Shown piece after piece: positions 20,341-30,707 of a stretch of 64,000 bases of DNA. Made by a program: the position numbers and the translations under genes. Position 1 is the stretch's first letter, and every line of letters begins with the position of its first letter. Source of the stretch: a virus; UHGV virus genome UHGV-0168042, one strand, 5' to 3'. Below the pieces are notes generated by a model. It had not been told where the DNA came from. It was given only the letters and a program-made list of their open reading frames with translations, and did no database searches.

Positions 20341-22632
20341 CTTCATTATTGCAATTATATCGTTAGCAACTACACGTGTTGACGCCTTGCAGGAAACCGA
20401 CCGTCTGGCTGCCATATGATGTACTTTAAACCCGTTTCCTTCATATAGTTCACGGATGTTTGGTGCACCACTATTTGTAATCACTACCTTAGCGCCGCGC
20501 TGGTGGGCTTCCACCAATAGAGATACCAGCCGTTTCTGTTCGTCGAAACGGAAGCTATTTCCTGAATAACTGGTAAACCCTTCTGTATCCGGCAGCGGTT
20601 CATACGGCGGATCGCAAAAAATCACATCTCCTTCACCAGCCGCCTCGATGACGCCAGCAAAGTCACCTGATACAAAGGACGTGTTTTTGAGTACGTCATC
20701 AGCCAAAAATGCCTCCATCTCTGCATGTGGGAAGTAGGGCGCTTTGTATTTGCCATACCCCACGTTGAACTCGCCATTTTGGTTGTACCGCGTTACGCCA
20801 TTAAAACAGTGCCGATTAAGGTACAAAAAGGCGGCAGCATGATGTAGCTGGTCATACTTTCCTCTGTTAAATGCCTCACGCACTTCGAGGTAAGCGTCAG
20901 CGTTGTTGTAATTTTGGAAAAAACTATATGACAGCGTGACGAGCGAATGTCCTTCTCGCTGCAATGTCTGATAGAAGTTAATCAGGTCACCGTTAATATC
21001 ATTAAGCAGGTTGTGGCGAAATCCTGCATTCGTAAATACAGAACCGCCACCAACGAACGGTTCTATTAACCGCTTGCCGTGTGGTAGATGCTCAAGCACT
21101 GTAGGCAACTCTGAGAATTTACCGCCTACCCATTTGAAGATCGGACGCTCATATTCATCCGGAGTCCGGAGTTTTCTTGTGTAGGTAATGGTATTTATTG
21201 TTTTTGGCTGTTTAGCTTCCACAGTCGCAAGAATGCGACACCCAATCCATTGCATAACAGGAACTGCCATGCTGTTGCCAATCGCTTTGTAACGCGGCCC
21301 GTCAGCAGCGAGCATCGCGGCCTCTTCTTCGCTTAAATCTGGATAGTGATTGCGAAGGTATGCCAGTTCATCTGAGGAAATTGTTTTACGCTTTTCCGTA
21401 GGGATCAACGTATGCCCATCAGGAAAACCTTGCAGCCTTTCACATTCGACAGGGGTAAGACGGCGGACAGCTACTTCTGCGTTTCTTACTTCATAGCAAA
21501 CGGCTGTTGGATTTTGAGCCATTAGAGATGGTGAAGTATTCTTAGTTGCAGCATGTTGTGTACCGCTCATACGCTCAGGAAAAGCTAATGTAACAAGATG
21601 CTCATGGCTTTCTTGCTCACGCGCCCGCAATGTACCATGCCCCTCTGACCAAAAACCTGCTCCTGTGCTGCTAAAAACGGCAAGGTCAGTGGCATCTTTA
21701 AAGTCTCTTGCCTTTACTGTCGATGCGGTTTCATCGTCAATATATTCCCCAAATGCCGCCATCCTGAAAGCGTTTACGGCTTTCGTCGATTTCATACCGG
21801 GGGGCATGTCAGCGTGTAGGCATGGATTTAGGCTTTCGCCACTGATTGCAGCGCCATTTGCAATAATGGCGGAAGCGATTTCCTTCTTTTTTCGGCTCGG
21901 CGCAATATTCCGGCGCACGCCTTCGAACTCAAAAAGTATCGTTGCGGGATCGAGGTCTGTTCGAGCACTTGCGACAACAAACACGCGTCGGCGTCGTTGC
22001 GCCACTCCGAAGTATTGGGCATCAAGGATTCTCCAGGCCACTTTTCGCTGCGGTCCATAAATACAACCACACTGCGGCCACTTTGGAGCATGGCAACTGG
22101 TTTTGACATCCCACCGCCAGAACGCGTTACTTTTTCGCGATTCAGGTCGAGCACCTGGTTCGAATGGCGCATCTTCTCCAGCCAATCCGGCAAGGAAACA
22201 TCCGAAGGCGTTATCTGCCGATGACAAGACTCCTGGGACATTTTCCCAGACGATAACGGCTGGTTTGAGAAATGACTCAGCCCGTTTGTCGTCAATTGCA
22301 TTTGCAAGCTCCACATACTTTAAAGTTAGCGCGCCACGCTCATCATCAAGCCCACCACGTAATCCAGCGATACTGAATGCCTGACAAGGTGTTCCCCCGA
22401 CGAGCACATCAGGGGATTCGATTTCCCCAGCCAGGACTTTTTTGGCAAGTTTTGTCATATCGCCAAGGTTGGCGACATGGGGCCAGCGGTGCGCAAGAAC
22501 GGCAGATGGAAAAGGCTCGATTTCAGCAAACCACGCCGGACGCATACCCAACGGTTCCCAGGCAATGCTCGCTGCTTCAATTCCACTGCAAACTGAACCA
22601 TATCTAAGGTTAACGTTCTGCTTCACCACCAA
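20338..22632 (-). CDS. dmt: Bifunctional DNA methyltransferase: N-terminal C5-cytosine MTase domain fused to C-terminal Dam-like N6-adenine MTase domain (P1 Dmt-like)
   Basis: C5-MTase motifs GSVCSGIE (I), [12 protein letters not shown] (IV), ENV (VI), QRRRRVFVV (VIII), GNSMAVPV (X); then Dam-type KWVGGK, NRHCFNG and CDPPYEP. Confidence 0.85.
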   Translation of the reverse strand: MVVKQNVNLRYGSVCSGIEAASIAWEPLGMRPAWFAEIEPFPSAVLAHRWPHVANLGDMTKLAKKVLAGEIESPDVLVGGTPCQAFSIAGLRGGLDDERGALTLKYVELANAIDDKRAESFLKPAVIVWENVPGVLSSADNAFGCFLAGLAGEDAPFEPGARPESRKSNAFWRWDVKTSCHAPKWPQCGCIYGPQRKVAWRILDAQYFGVAQRRRRVFVVASARTDLDPATILFEFEGVRRNIAPSRKKKEIASAIIANGAAISGESLNPCLHADMPPGMKSTKAVNAFRMAAFGEYIDDETASTVKARDFKDATDLAVFSSTGAGFWSEGHGTLRAREQESHEHLVTLAFPERMSGTQHAATKNTSPSLMAQNPTAVCYEVRNAEVAVRRLTPVECERLQGFPDGHTLIPTEKRKTISSDELAYLRNHYPDLSEEEAAMLAADGPRYKAIGNSMAVPVMQWIGCRILATVEAKQPKTINTITYTRKLRTPDEYERPIFKWVGGKFSELPTVLEHLPHGKRLIEPFVGGGSVFTNAGFRHNLLNDINGDLINFYQTLQREGHSLVTLSYSFFQNYNNADAYLEVREAFNRGKYDQLHHAAAFLYLNRHCFNGVTRYNQNGEFNVGYGKYKAPYFPHAEMEAFLADDVLKNTSFVSGDFAGVIEAAGEGDVIFCDPPYEPLPDTEGFTSYSGNSFRFDEQKRLVSLLVEAHQRGAKVVITNSGAPNIRELYEGNGFKVHHMAARRSVSCKASTRVVANDIIAIMK

Positions 22633-23515
22633 CGGCCTCCACTAGCGAAGTGAACATCGCGGATAATTCAGCAGTAAACAGGATAAAGTCAGCGTCAAAT
22701 CGTTGCGCAACATCCTCTCGATCAATATCGTCGTTCTGGTCGTACAATTCGTCGCTGAACGACAAAGCCTTGATACTCATATCGTCATTCAGTCTGAAAA
22801 ATGCACGGTCTTGCCAGTTAACCGCAACTGTGGTTGCAACCTTACCAGCTTCTATATGACTCATGATCTCGTCGGATAGCAGGTCCACTTTTTTGCAGCG
22901 GACCGCGCCGCCATCATCAAGCAATGCTTTTAAGGTCGCTTCCTCACCGGCACGGAAACCGTTCGGGAAGCCATTTTTAATCCAGCCAGTGATGGTCAGT
23001 TCTAATGGGTCTTTCGGAGAGAAGGGGACAACGGGCAAGCTGCCAAGCGATTTCCGTAACAAAGCCAGCTGATCCTCTGCTTTTTTAGCACTGCTGGCCT
23101 CGACAAAAACCAGATGATTGCTTCGGTCTATCAGGATTTTAGCTACTGATTTTCTCGTGAAAGCGCGAGGAAGAAGAGAGTGAAGCACTTCATCCTTCAG
23201 CGAATCTTTTTCGGTCTTCTTCAGCTTTCTGTCTTGCTCTTCTTCAAGTTTCAGGATTTTTTTCTGTAACTCTTCTTTGAGTACTTGAGAAGGTAGGATT
23301 TTTTCCTCTCGTTTATGCTGCATCAGAAGAAAACCCTGGTATTCATGGGTGAGGTTGTCGCCAAGAACGGGGGTCCAACCAGCTTTAGCCATATCCTGAG
23401 AACCGCATGGGGTAAACACAAACTTGCTAAGGGCTGCATTTACTTCTGCAGTATCCCAGCTAACTTCGCGTGAAAGACGATAGATGAAGATATTTTTGAA
23501 AGCGACTGATCTCAT
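22610..23515 (-). CDS. rdgC: RdgC-like recombination-associated protein
   Basis: Collinear similarity to E. coli RdgC from recall ([73 protein letters not shown]). Confidence 0.85.
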   Translation of the reverse strand: MRSVAFKNIFIYRLSREVSWDTAEVNAALSKFVFTPCGSQDMAKAGWTPVLGDNLTHEYQGFLLMQHKREEKILPSQVLKEELQKKILKLEEEQDRKLKKTEKDSLKDEVLHSLLPRAFTRKSVAKILIDRSNHLVFVEASSAKKAEDQLALLRKSLGSLPVVPFSPKDPLELTITGWIKNGFPNGFRAGEEATLKALLDDGGAVRCKKVDLLSDEIMSHIEAGKVATTVAVNWQDRAFFRLNDDMSIKALSFSDELYDQNDDIDREDVAQRFDADFILFTAELSAMFTSLVEAVGGEAER

Positions 23516-23526
23516 GTCTCACCATA

Positions 23527-23560
23527 TGTGTTAGAAAATACATATTAATTATCTAACACA
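23527..23560. promoter_or_regulatory. Palindromic operator-like site TGTGTTAGAAAAT-N11-ATCTAACACA upstream of the rdgC-dmt operon
   Basis: Near-perfect inverted half-sites; the minus-strand copy sits about 12 nt upstream of the rdgC ATG. Confidence 0.45.
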
Positions 23561-23574
23561 AATGGGTGCATTTT

Positions 23575-24228
23575 CTATCCTTTCTTGAAATCGAAGTTGC
23601 TAGCAGTGGCCTGAAAGGTTCCTCCTGCCTTGAAAGCTATGTCTCCGTTAGCGGTGACAGCAATATTTTCCCCTTTAACATTGATGTTGTTGGCTGATTT
23701 GACGTTAACACTCCCTCCTGCATTCACGATTACATCAGCCGGACCAATGATATATATCTGCCCGGACTCATTCATGCCAATCCTTGAGCCTGCAGCCGTA
23801 TTGGCAATTTCATAGCCGCCACCAGCAGTTCGTACTTCAAGAATATTGTTGCGGTGAATAACGAAGTCTTTCGTTGCTGAGATTTGGGGGCGGGGAGGCG
23901 CTCCATCTACTTCCGGCGGCGTCCAGCCGTTGCCTTTGCCAGATGCTTCTGGTGCAACGTTTGGAATTCCTCCCGGTGCATCCTGAGCGGCACCAACTAT
24001 CATTGGGCGTCTGGTGTCTATTCGACCGTTAACATCTAAATAAGGAAACTCTACCCAGACCAGGTCACCTTTGACTGTGGGTACAAAAGCGTTTCCGATG
24101 GGTAACAGGTATTCCGCCCAGGGTAGATCGTCATCAGGAACGCCATTCCAGTCAGGTAAAACACGGACTTGAGCACGCATAAGCCCTGCCGGGTGCACAG
24201 TTCCAACAATTTGCGCTCTACGCTTCAT
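23575..24228 (-). CDS. Baseplate central spike (gpV-like)
   Basis: N-terminal OB-fold-like region, then Gly-rich repetitive region (NAGGSVNVKSANNINVKGENIAVTANGDIAFKAGG) typical of spike/needle proteins. Confidence 0.6.
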   Translation of the reverse strand: MKRRAQIVGTVHPAGLMRAQVRVLPDWNGVPDDDLPWAEYLLPIGNAFVPTVKGDLVWVEFPYLDVNGRIDTRRPMIVGAAQDAPGGIPNVAPEASGKGNGWTPPEVDGAPPRPQISATKDFVIHRNNILEVRTAGGGYEIANTAAGSRIGMNESGQIYIIGPADVIVNAGGSVNVKSANNINVKGENIAVTANGDIAFKAGGTFQATASNFDFKKG

Positions 24229-25205
24229 TTGTTCGGCACTCCCAATATCATTCGTGTTGTGTAGCCTACGCGGTCTTCAAAGTGCGCAACATTTTTTACT
24301 ATCAGCTTACGGGGCATTGATTCATCAATGCGGTTTTCCTGGTCATAGCGGTATACGATAATCTCTATCACCATCCCCGGTTTTATATCAGGATTGCCTG
24401 CGACTTCTATATCCATTTTGGGGACGAGAGACAGCTGCATATTGCGAAGAGTTTCCATATCAGAGTCGGATATATAACGCACTGGGAGTGAGCTATCGCC
24501 ATATTCGACGTAGCCATCGGTCATGGAATACCCAACAAAACGATATTGATTCTTTGCTGTTGTCGCATGTTCCTGTTGGAGTAGGCGCATTTTGGACAAA
24601 GTGTATTCTGCTTTAGGGTTATTCCCCTCGTAGGTAAATGATGGCGTTTGCTTCATCAGATCAGCCAGGGTGTAAAAGTTAAATTCCCCCCGGCATACCC
24701 AACATAATGCACCTTTGTCTCGCGCTATCTCCGAAAGCATTTTTGACGGTTTGTCACCGGCATTCAGATGATATGTAACTGCGCGTTTTAGCACGCTGCT
24801 GGTAATTTTAAGCTTGCCGGAATATGCCTTGAATATAGCGTCTGGTGTTTTGTTGGTATGTAAATTTGTGCGCGGGGAGGGGATCTTAAACCTGCGCACG
24901 TCTTCACTGACAGCAATAACGGTAACAACATCACCAGCCAGCATTGCAGACGTAACAAAGAAATCTGTTTTAAAAGTGCCTGCATTACCGTTTGGATCGC
25001 CCATTTCAGCCACCAGCGATGCACCGTATTTGGCTTTCCAGTCATCAATTACGGTGCCGGTAGCGTCATGAATTTCCAGTTTTAGCAAAGGGGCTTTGAG
25101 GCTGGTTTTTTCTACATATACTGCGGTAAAAATCCAGTCTCGTGGCACTTTGTTATCGTTAATGAGCACTGACTGTAGAAAATATTGTTGTAACTCCTGG
25201 GCCAC
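24225..25205 (-). CDS. Baseplate hub-like / tail protein (326 aa)
   Basis: Positional: directly upstream of the spike, overlapping its start by 4 nt. Confidence 0.4.
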   Translation of the reverse strand: MAQELQQYFLQSVLINDNKVPRDWIFTAVYVEKTSLKAPLLKLEIHDATGTVIDDWKAKYGASLVAEMGDPNGNAGTFKTDFFVTSAMLAGDVVTVIAVSEDVRRFKIPSPRTNLHTNKTPDAIFKAYSGKLKITSSVLKRAVTYHLNAGDKPSKMLSEIARDKGALCWVCRGEFNFYTLADLMKQTPSFTYEGNNPKAEYTLSKMRLLQQEHATTAKNQYRFVGYSMTDGYVEYGDSSLPVRYISDSDMETLRNMQLSLVPKMDIEVAGNPDIKPGMVIEIIVYRYDQENRIDESMPRKLIVKNVAHFEDRVGYTTRMILGVPNK

Positions 25206-25208
25206 TTA

Positions 25209-25976
25209 TCACCCCATAGATATCGAGGTTTCGGTAATAATACGTTTTGCGTCCAACTCCCATGCTGTGATCACGTCTGTAATCACACTTATCGGCGCTT
25301 GTGTGGCATAAATACGCTCTTCTCCAATTGGTGCTGAAACATCCGTAAAGCCGACTTCTTTGGCATCCTGTATCGAGCAAATCAGCGGGACCGGGACACG
25401 AACAAGGTGAGTGGTTGCTTCAAATTGTGTACCTGTCATCAGGCGAAGCCGTGCGCCCAGCGAATTACACATCAGACTCATGGTCGCTTTATCAGTTGCC
25501 ATTAACGTAACGTCATACGTCAGAATGGCCTGGGTGTATTCCAGTTCTGCTAAAGGCATTCCGGTATCTGGTTCGCAAAAACTGGCTACTTTTTTGCGGT
25601 CAATCTGCTGATCATCGTTGATATAATTGATATCCATAGTGCGTGAGATATTGACCAGGGGGAGAGCATCCCGGTTAATGTTCTGGTTTTCAGGTTTTCT
25701 CCCTTGCCCGGCATTTGCGCGACGAACTGCTTTAAGAAACTCGATCGCATTGTCGAAACGGGCCATATAGACACGCTCTGCTGGTGGACGATTCAGGAAT
25801 GACGCAAAGCGTTTTTCTTCCGGCGCGGGGGCCACCAGTAAGATATCAGAAAAAATGTTGCTGATTAGCGTCGCAAACGCGTTATCCACGTTTTCAAAGC
25901 CCGTGGTCTGGAATTTTCCTGTGCGTAAGGTTTGCCATTCACCGGTTCGCGCCAGGAGGGTTTTATTTGAAGTCAT
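25209..25976 (-). CDS. Hypothetical tail/baseplate protein (255 aa)
   Basis: Complete ORF in baseplate run. Confidence 0.45.
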   Translation of the reverse strand: MTSNKTLLARTGEWQTLRTGKFQTTGFENVDNAFATLISNIFSDILLVAPAPEEKRFASFLNRPPAERVYMARFDNAIEFLKAVRRANAGQGRKPENQNINRDALPLVNISRTMDINYINDDQQIDRKKVASFCEPDTGMPLAELEYTQAILTYDVTLMATDKATMSLMCNSLGARLRLMTGTQFEATTHLVRVPVPLICSIQDAKEVGFTDVSAPIGEERIYATQAPISVITDVITAWELDAKRIITETSISMG

Positions 25977-26776
25977 TCGATCACTCCGTTTTGAGTCGTA
26001 TCAAAATTTCTGGCAGGTATGCAGTAGTAAAGCGAACCAACATGCTGTGTGCCGTAGCTAAAAATACGGTGCACGTACCACCAGCGGCGGGCTACGCCGT
26101 TTACCATCTCTTCATTCCATTCAAGAATTGAGCCGACGGGGACGTTATTTGCTGCAATACGCAGAATCAGAACATCATCGGTTAAGCCATCCTGCTCACC
26201 GTCTGCGTCAATCGCATGGAAAGAGTCACGCCCGTCAGGGTTATCCAGCACATAAACGATTTCAGGTTCCTGGTAAGTCAGTTCGCGTTGGTTGTTATCC
26301 AGTTCAGTGAATGACTCTTCTCCTGTTTCGTCGCTGACTACCCCATATGTGCCAACATCTGGTCGATATAAGAGAGCCTGAAACGCGTCTGGGCTGGATT
26401 CAATAATCAGCATCCAGTCTGCGCGGATTTGGTCGTTAAAGGCTTTATGCCCGTTATAGCGTGCTTTTAACTGTGGAGTCGGTTCTCTCCCAGCCAGGGA
26501 AGATGGAAGTATGGCTATATCTGATTCGCCAGCATCCGAAGTAAGGCCACCGTTGCTATCAGCAAAATTATCATGGCTATCAGCTTTGGCGGCGGGTTGC
26601 TCTTCCAGAATGCTGAATGAATCCGAACCGGTATTGCCATGTTCCGGCGCGCCTCCTGCATTCGCTTCAATCGGTGCTGGCGTTTCTCTCTGCGTGCTGT
26701 CATGTTCTGACTCCTTACTTGCCAGGTTTGCATCGTCAGCAAACCATTCGTCAAAACGGCCCATAAGCATCCTCAA
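25973..26776 (-). CDS. Hypothetical tail/baseplate protein (267 aa), acidic
   Basis: Complete ORF, 4-nt overlap with downstream gene. Confidence 0.45.
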   Translation of the reverse strand: MRMLMGRFDEWFADDANLASKESEHDSTQRETPAPIEANAGGAPEHGNTGSDSFSILEEQPAAKADSHDNFADSNGGLTSDAGESDIAILPSSLAGREPTPQLKARYNGHKAFNDQIRADWMLIIESSPDAFQALLYRPDVGTYGVVSDETGEESFTELDNNQRELTYQEPEIVYVLDNPDGRDSFHAIDADGEQDGLTDDVLILRIAANNVPVGSILEWNEEMVNGVARRWWYVHRIFSYGTQHVGSLYYCIPARNFDTTQNGVIE

Positions 26777-26926
26777 AGGTCGATCTGTCAGGTATCGAAA
26801 GGAAGATTTTCGGGAGATTGTGATTTTGGATGAAGGAGGGGGAATTCATAAAATGCACTTGCGCACAGTGCAACAGTGCGCTATAGTTATGGCATTCGGT
26901 AATCATCACGGAGGATCAAATGACTA

Positions 26927-27229
26927 ATGACCAAAAAAATTAACATAAAGGATTTCAGGGATGCGTGGCTTGATGATTTTTTTGAATTTTCAACACCACA
27001 TAGAAAGATACCTCCTGATATTCATATGACATTGTCACGGAAGTTGGACATTATCAATGCCGCAACTACCTGTAAGGATTTAAGATCACCACCAGGTAAT
27101 CGGTATGAGGAACTGTCAGGGAAGCTAAATGGCTATTCATCAGTAAGGGTGAATAAGCAATATAGGTTAATTTTTAAGTGGGTTAACGGAAAGGCCGAGG
27201 ACTTGTATCTCGACCCTCACAAATACTAA
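26927..27229 (+). CDS. higB: HigB-family toxin (RelE/ParE fold, plasmid maintenance killer protein)
   Basis: 100-aa protein with C-terminal pattern (YRLIFKWVNGKAEDLYLDPH) resembling HigB toxins; toxin-first gene order typical of hig loci. Confidence 0.75.
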   Translation: MTKKINIKDFRDAWLDDFFEFSTPHRKIPPDIHMTLSRKLDIINAATTCKDLRSPPGNRYEELSGKLNGYSSVRVNKQYRLIFKWVNGKAEDLYLDPHKY

Positions 27230-27299
27230 AACAGATACCCGGTTACGGACCGGGTTCTGACCAGAGTCCACTTAATACGCACGCTAGTAAGGGCAAAAA

Positions 27300-27638
27300 A
27301 TGAAACAGGCAACCAGAAAACCGACGACCGTAGGTGATATCCTGCTGTACGAATACCTGGAGCCGTTAGAGCTGAAGATCAACGAGTTAGCAGAAATACT
27401 TCATGTTCATCGTAACACCGTAAGTGCTCTTGTTAATAATAATCGTAAGCTAACGATGGATATGGCATATCGCCTGGCAAAAGCATTCGATACTTCTGTA
27501 GATTTTTGGATTAATCTCCAGACCGCAGTAGACCTGTGGGAAGTCGAAAATGACATGCGCGTTCAGGAAGAGTTAAGTCGTATCAATACTGCTGAAAAAT
27601 TTATTTCTCAGCGGAACCTGAATAAAAAAGCAGCCTGA
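27300..27638 (+). CDS. higA: HigA antitoxin (XRE-family HTH)
   Basis: HTH segment INELAEILHVHRNTVSALVNNNRKLTMDMAYRLAKAFDTSVDFWINLQ matches the HigA antidote family. Confidence 0.8.
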   Translation: MKQATRKPTTVGDILLYEYLEPLELKINELAEILHVHRNTVSALVNNNRKLTMDMAYRLAKAFDTSVDFWINLQTAVDLWEVENDMRVQEELSRINTAEKFISQRNLNKKAA

Positions 27639-27673
27639 TATAGTAAAACACATACAAAAAGCCCACTTAACAA

Positions 27674-28054
27674 GTGGGCTTTCCTTTGGAATTAATGAAC
27701 ATTAAAACTATCCGTACAGAACAAGATTATGAGGCCGCACTGCGTGCGGTAGAACCGATGTTCGATAACGAACCGGAAACGAACACCCCGGAAGGTAATT
27801 TCTTGGAGGTTATGTGTCTTCTCATTGAGGAGTACGAGAAAAAACATTACCCAATTGAGCCGCCATCACCTATTGAAGCCATTAAATCCCGTATGGAATA
27901 GCAAGGGTTGACCGTGAAGGATCTGGAACCGGCGATTGGTAAGTCAAATCGTGTTTACGAAGTGCTAAATGGGACACGAAATTTAACGTTACCTATGATT
28001 CGTCGTTTACATTCCCAGTTTGGCATTCCTCTTGAAAGCCTAGTTGGTGTTTAA
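27674..28054 (+). pseudogene. Second HigA-like antitoxin gene interrupted by an in-frame TAG at 27899-27901
   Basis: N-terminal 75 aa (IRTEQDYEAALRAVEPMFD...) and, in the same frame after the amber codon, the HTH part (QGLTVKDLEPAIGKSNRVYEVLNGTRNLTLPMIRRLHSQFGIPLESLVGV); intact homologs carry a sense codon there. Confidence 0.5.
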
Positions 28055-28114
28055 GTTTGGCAGTCTGGAGGGCCGATTTTACATAAAATCAAGGTTTAAA
28101 TATTTGGTGATTAT

Positions 28115-28855
28115 ATGAGCACTGATTCATCAATAGAAAAGGAAAATGAAAAATCATCCGCCCAAAATCTGATAGAAGATGCTGTAAAAGATAAGTTGTT
28201 TAATAAGGTTTTTGCCTACATTTTTATTTCATTTTTAATTTCTAACTGGCGAGATATATTTATATTGTTGAAGTCAAAAGATGATGTTATGTATACATTA
28301 TCTATGGTGTTTGTTGGGGAAAAGATTCCATTATTTGGGAATGTTTTTGTACCCTCATTCGTAGCTCATTTTGTCTTGCCTTTTATTTATGGTGTTGTGG
28401 CTTCAATATTAGCCCCAATGTTAACTTTACTAATTTCTATGGTGACTGGCACAATATACGCTAAATTGAGAGAGATAGATAAAATTGAAGACAAAAAAGA
28501 ACAAGTAAGAAAAATTAACAGAGACATTAATGATCTTACTAAGAAACGGAAAGACGTTGAAGAGCGTCTTGAAAAAGAAAAAGAAGAACATGAATCATTA
28601 AAAAGAAAGGTAGAAGAAGTTAGGGAACAGATTGAATGTGTGGATAGCGATATCCGTCATGTTATTAAATTATATAGAGAGAAAGGTGAGAGCTTAAATT
28701 CGTTGGATGATTTTTATGAATTTTTTACTGCCGTGAAAAACTCATCTTTTCGTTCGGGTGATACAAATGACAGGGAGACACTTGAGGAGATTCTCTCAAA
28801 GCTTTCTGATTCACTTGAAAAAATTAAATGCGATGCTAATAAAAAGGTGGGATAA
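28115..28855 (+). CDS. AT-rich membrane protein with N-terminal TM helices and C-terminal K/E-rich coiled coil (candidate exclusion/abortive-infection-type protein)
   Basis: 246 aa; hydrophobic segments VFAYIFISFLISNW and FVLPFIYGVVASILAPMLTLLISMV, then a long charged coiled coil; markedly lower GC than neighbours; followed by a hairpin terminator. Confidence 0.55.
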   Translation: MSTDSSIEKENEKSSAQNLIEDAVKDKLFNKVFAYIFISFLISNWRDIFILLKSKDDVMYTLSMVFVGEKIPLFGNVFVPSFVAHFVLPFIYGVVASILAPMLTLLISMVTGTIYAKLREIDKIEDKKEQVRKINRDINDLTKKRKDVEERLEKEKEEHESLKRKVEEVREQIECVDSDIRHVIKLYREKGESLNSLDDFYEFFTAVKNSSFRSGDTNDRETLEEILSKLSDSLEKIKCDANKKVG

Positions 28856-28880
28856 ACCCACCTTTGTTAATTTTTTATGT
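28844..28880. terminator. Bidirectional hairpin terminator between convergent genes
   Basis: aaggtgggataaacccacctt followed by a T run. Confidence 0.5.
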
Positions 28881-30057
28881 ACTCCATGAACATTTTTTCA
28901 GCTTGTGCTGGTGGTGTTCCAGCCATGACAAGCGCATCAATGAACGCCTGCTTCTTCAGTGCGAACTGATCGGCAAGGCGTTGCTGAAGTTCCTTATTTT
29001 TCTGTTTCTCACGTTGCAAGGCCGCTTCTTTTGCAGCCGCCCGTTTTTTCTGTGCGTCTGACAACTTTCTGGCCCTGGTCAATTGGTCACGTAGCTTGTC
29101 GATATTGCCGTTGTCCTTTGCCAGTTTTGTACTTAAAGCTGCCTGGCGCTTCTGATAGAGCCTCCATTCGCGTTTGGCGGCTTCAACGTTTGTTTTACTG
29201 CTTCGATTGCGATTAAACTCCTTCTCGTCTTCTTTTGAGAAGTGTTTGGTTGTACGGCGGCGATCGTCACCAAATGCAATTTGCGTTGCAGCCTTTTGTA
29301 GCGCACGAGCAATACTCATTTGCCAACTGGCGGACTGTAACCGCGTCATTGAGTGGATCACGTGTTTACAGGCGACGCCTTGCAGCTTCGGGTTGCGAAC
29401 TTTTGGATAGGCGTATTCTTTTGGCGGGGCCAGGGCAAAGTTACCCGCAGTAGCGATGTAACGATACCAGTATTGATGACGACCACAGTCACAATCGAAA
29501 GACACTCGCCCGGCGCACAGTGATTTAGTGATTTTGAGAGCTGATTTATCGTCTTCTGCGATGTCATCGACCATCTGATCCCATTCTTCAAAGCGTATCC
29601 GGACGATATGGTGCTGGTGGACGGATATATCCGATGCTTCTACGCGGATATTAATCACGTTGTGGCGAAGAGATACGGGGGTAGCTCTTTTGATACCAGA
29701 TCCGTCATCCACGGCGTTATTTGCACGCTTAATATCGATTGCCTGGCTGGATGCCACCAGCTGGGCGTATGTGATGCCAGCCGTCTTGCTGTCATATTTT
29801 TCGCGTGTTTTACTCCGTAGCTTTTCGAAACCTTTCAGGTCGTCTCGCGTGAAGAACGTGCCGCCTTTTTTCTTCCCTAACTTGAGAATATCTTCGGCGG
29901 ATTTGTTCCTCAGTCCACCTGGCGTCAGCGTCCGGTGAGCTTGTCGGCGCTTACGGGTTTGTTCTTTCCTGATAATCTCGAATATACGCGTGAAGTCCTT
30001 AGAGGACAGACCGTCAGTGATATAGCGCCCGTCCTGGTTTTTCAGGAAATCAGGCAT
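28867..30057 (-). CDS. SWIM-type zinc-finger protein with long basic coiled-coil C-terminus (396 aa)
   Basis: CxC-Xn-CxH signature (FDCDCGRHQYWYRY...GVACKHVIH); C-terminal K/R/Q/E-rich helix. Confidence 0.5.
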   Translation of the reverse strand: MPDFLKNQDGRYITDGLSSKDFTRIFEIIRKEQTRKRRQAHRTLTPGGLRNKSAEDILKLGKKKGGTFFTRDDLKGFEKLRSKTREKYDSKTAGITYAQLVASSQAIDIKRANNAVDDGSGIKRATPVSLRHNVINIRVEASDISVHQHHIVRIRFEEWDQMVDDIAEDDKSALKITKSLCAGRVSFDCDCGRHQYWYRYIATAGNFALAPPKEYAYPKVRNPKLQGVACKHVIHSMTRLQSASWQMSIARALQKAATQIAFGDDRRRTTKHFSKEDEKEFNRNRSSKTNVEAAKREWRLYQKRQAALSTKLAKDNGNIDKLRDQLTRARKLSDAQKKRAAAKEAALQREKQKNKELQQRLADQFALKKQAFIDALVMAGTPPAQAEKMFMEYIKN

Positions 30058-30379
30058 TTTCTATCTCCGGTTCCGCGCTTGCGTAATCACGGATCTTGTT
30101 CCTCAGCCATGCCACATCAGGAAGAGTTAACGTGGTCCCTGCGGGCATTTCTTCCATTTCTGACTCATGGCCCACCAGCACCCGGAATACCCAGCGCAAA
30201 TCTGCATTGCCATACGCCCTGTAGGCTGCAAGGTCTGAACGATATACTTCATCAATCTTTATCGTGTACTGGAAATTATCAGAGTGATACTCCGATACCC
30301 GCTTAATCATTTCCTGGTGAAACAGCGCACGAAAAATATCGTCTTCAATGTACCTATCGTCGAGTCTGCTATAGCCCAT
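30050..30379 (-). CDS. Hypothetical protein (109 aa), translationally coupled upstream partner of the SWIM protein
   Basis: 8-nt overlap with the 28867-30057 start. Confidence 0.5.
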   Translation of the reverse strand: MGYSRLDDRYIEDDIFRALFHQEMIKRVSEYHSDNFQYTIKIDEVYRSDLAAYRAYGNADLRWVFRVLVGHESEMEEMPAGTTLTLPDVAWLRNKIRDYASAEPEIENA

Positions 30380-30572
30380 AACAAAGCCTCTCAGTCATAA
30401 CCTGGTGGAAACTGTATGCAGGGTGTGAAATGCGAGAAACAGACAGGCCACCAGTTCAGGGGGATGTGGTTCATAAATCCCCTCACTGGTGACAAGTGAC
30501 TTTCATTAATCTTTATGCGGGGGCCAGCTTCATTTGCTGGCATTAGATTAAAAATTAAACGGAGTGAATGAC

Positions 30573-30707
30573 ATGGATGTTATCTTCGAATTATTAATGC
30601 TAATTGATCTGTTTATGAACGCTTCATTGACCACGCAAATACTGGCGTCAATATTTTTGTTACTCTTCTACCTGGTATTGAGGGAGTTAACAAAGCTACT
30701 AATGTGA
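30573..30707 (+). CDS. Candidate small hydrophobic peptide (44 aa)
   Basis: GGAG RBS 8 nt upstream of ATG; single predicted TM helix (MDVIFELLMLIDLFMNASLTTQILASIFLLLFYLVLRELTKLLM); below the track size cut-off. Confidence 0.3.
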   Translation: MDVIFELLMLIDLFMNASLTTQILASIFLLLFYLVLRELTKLLM

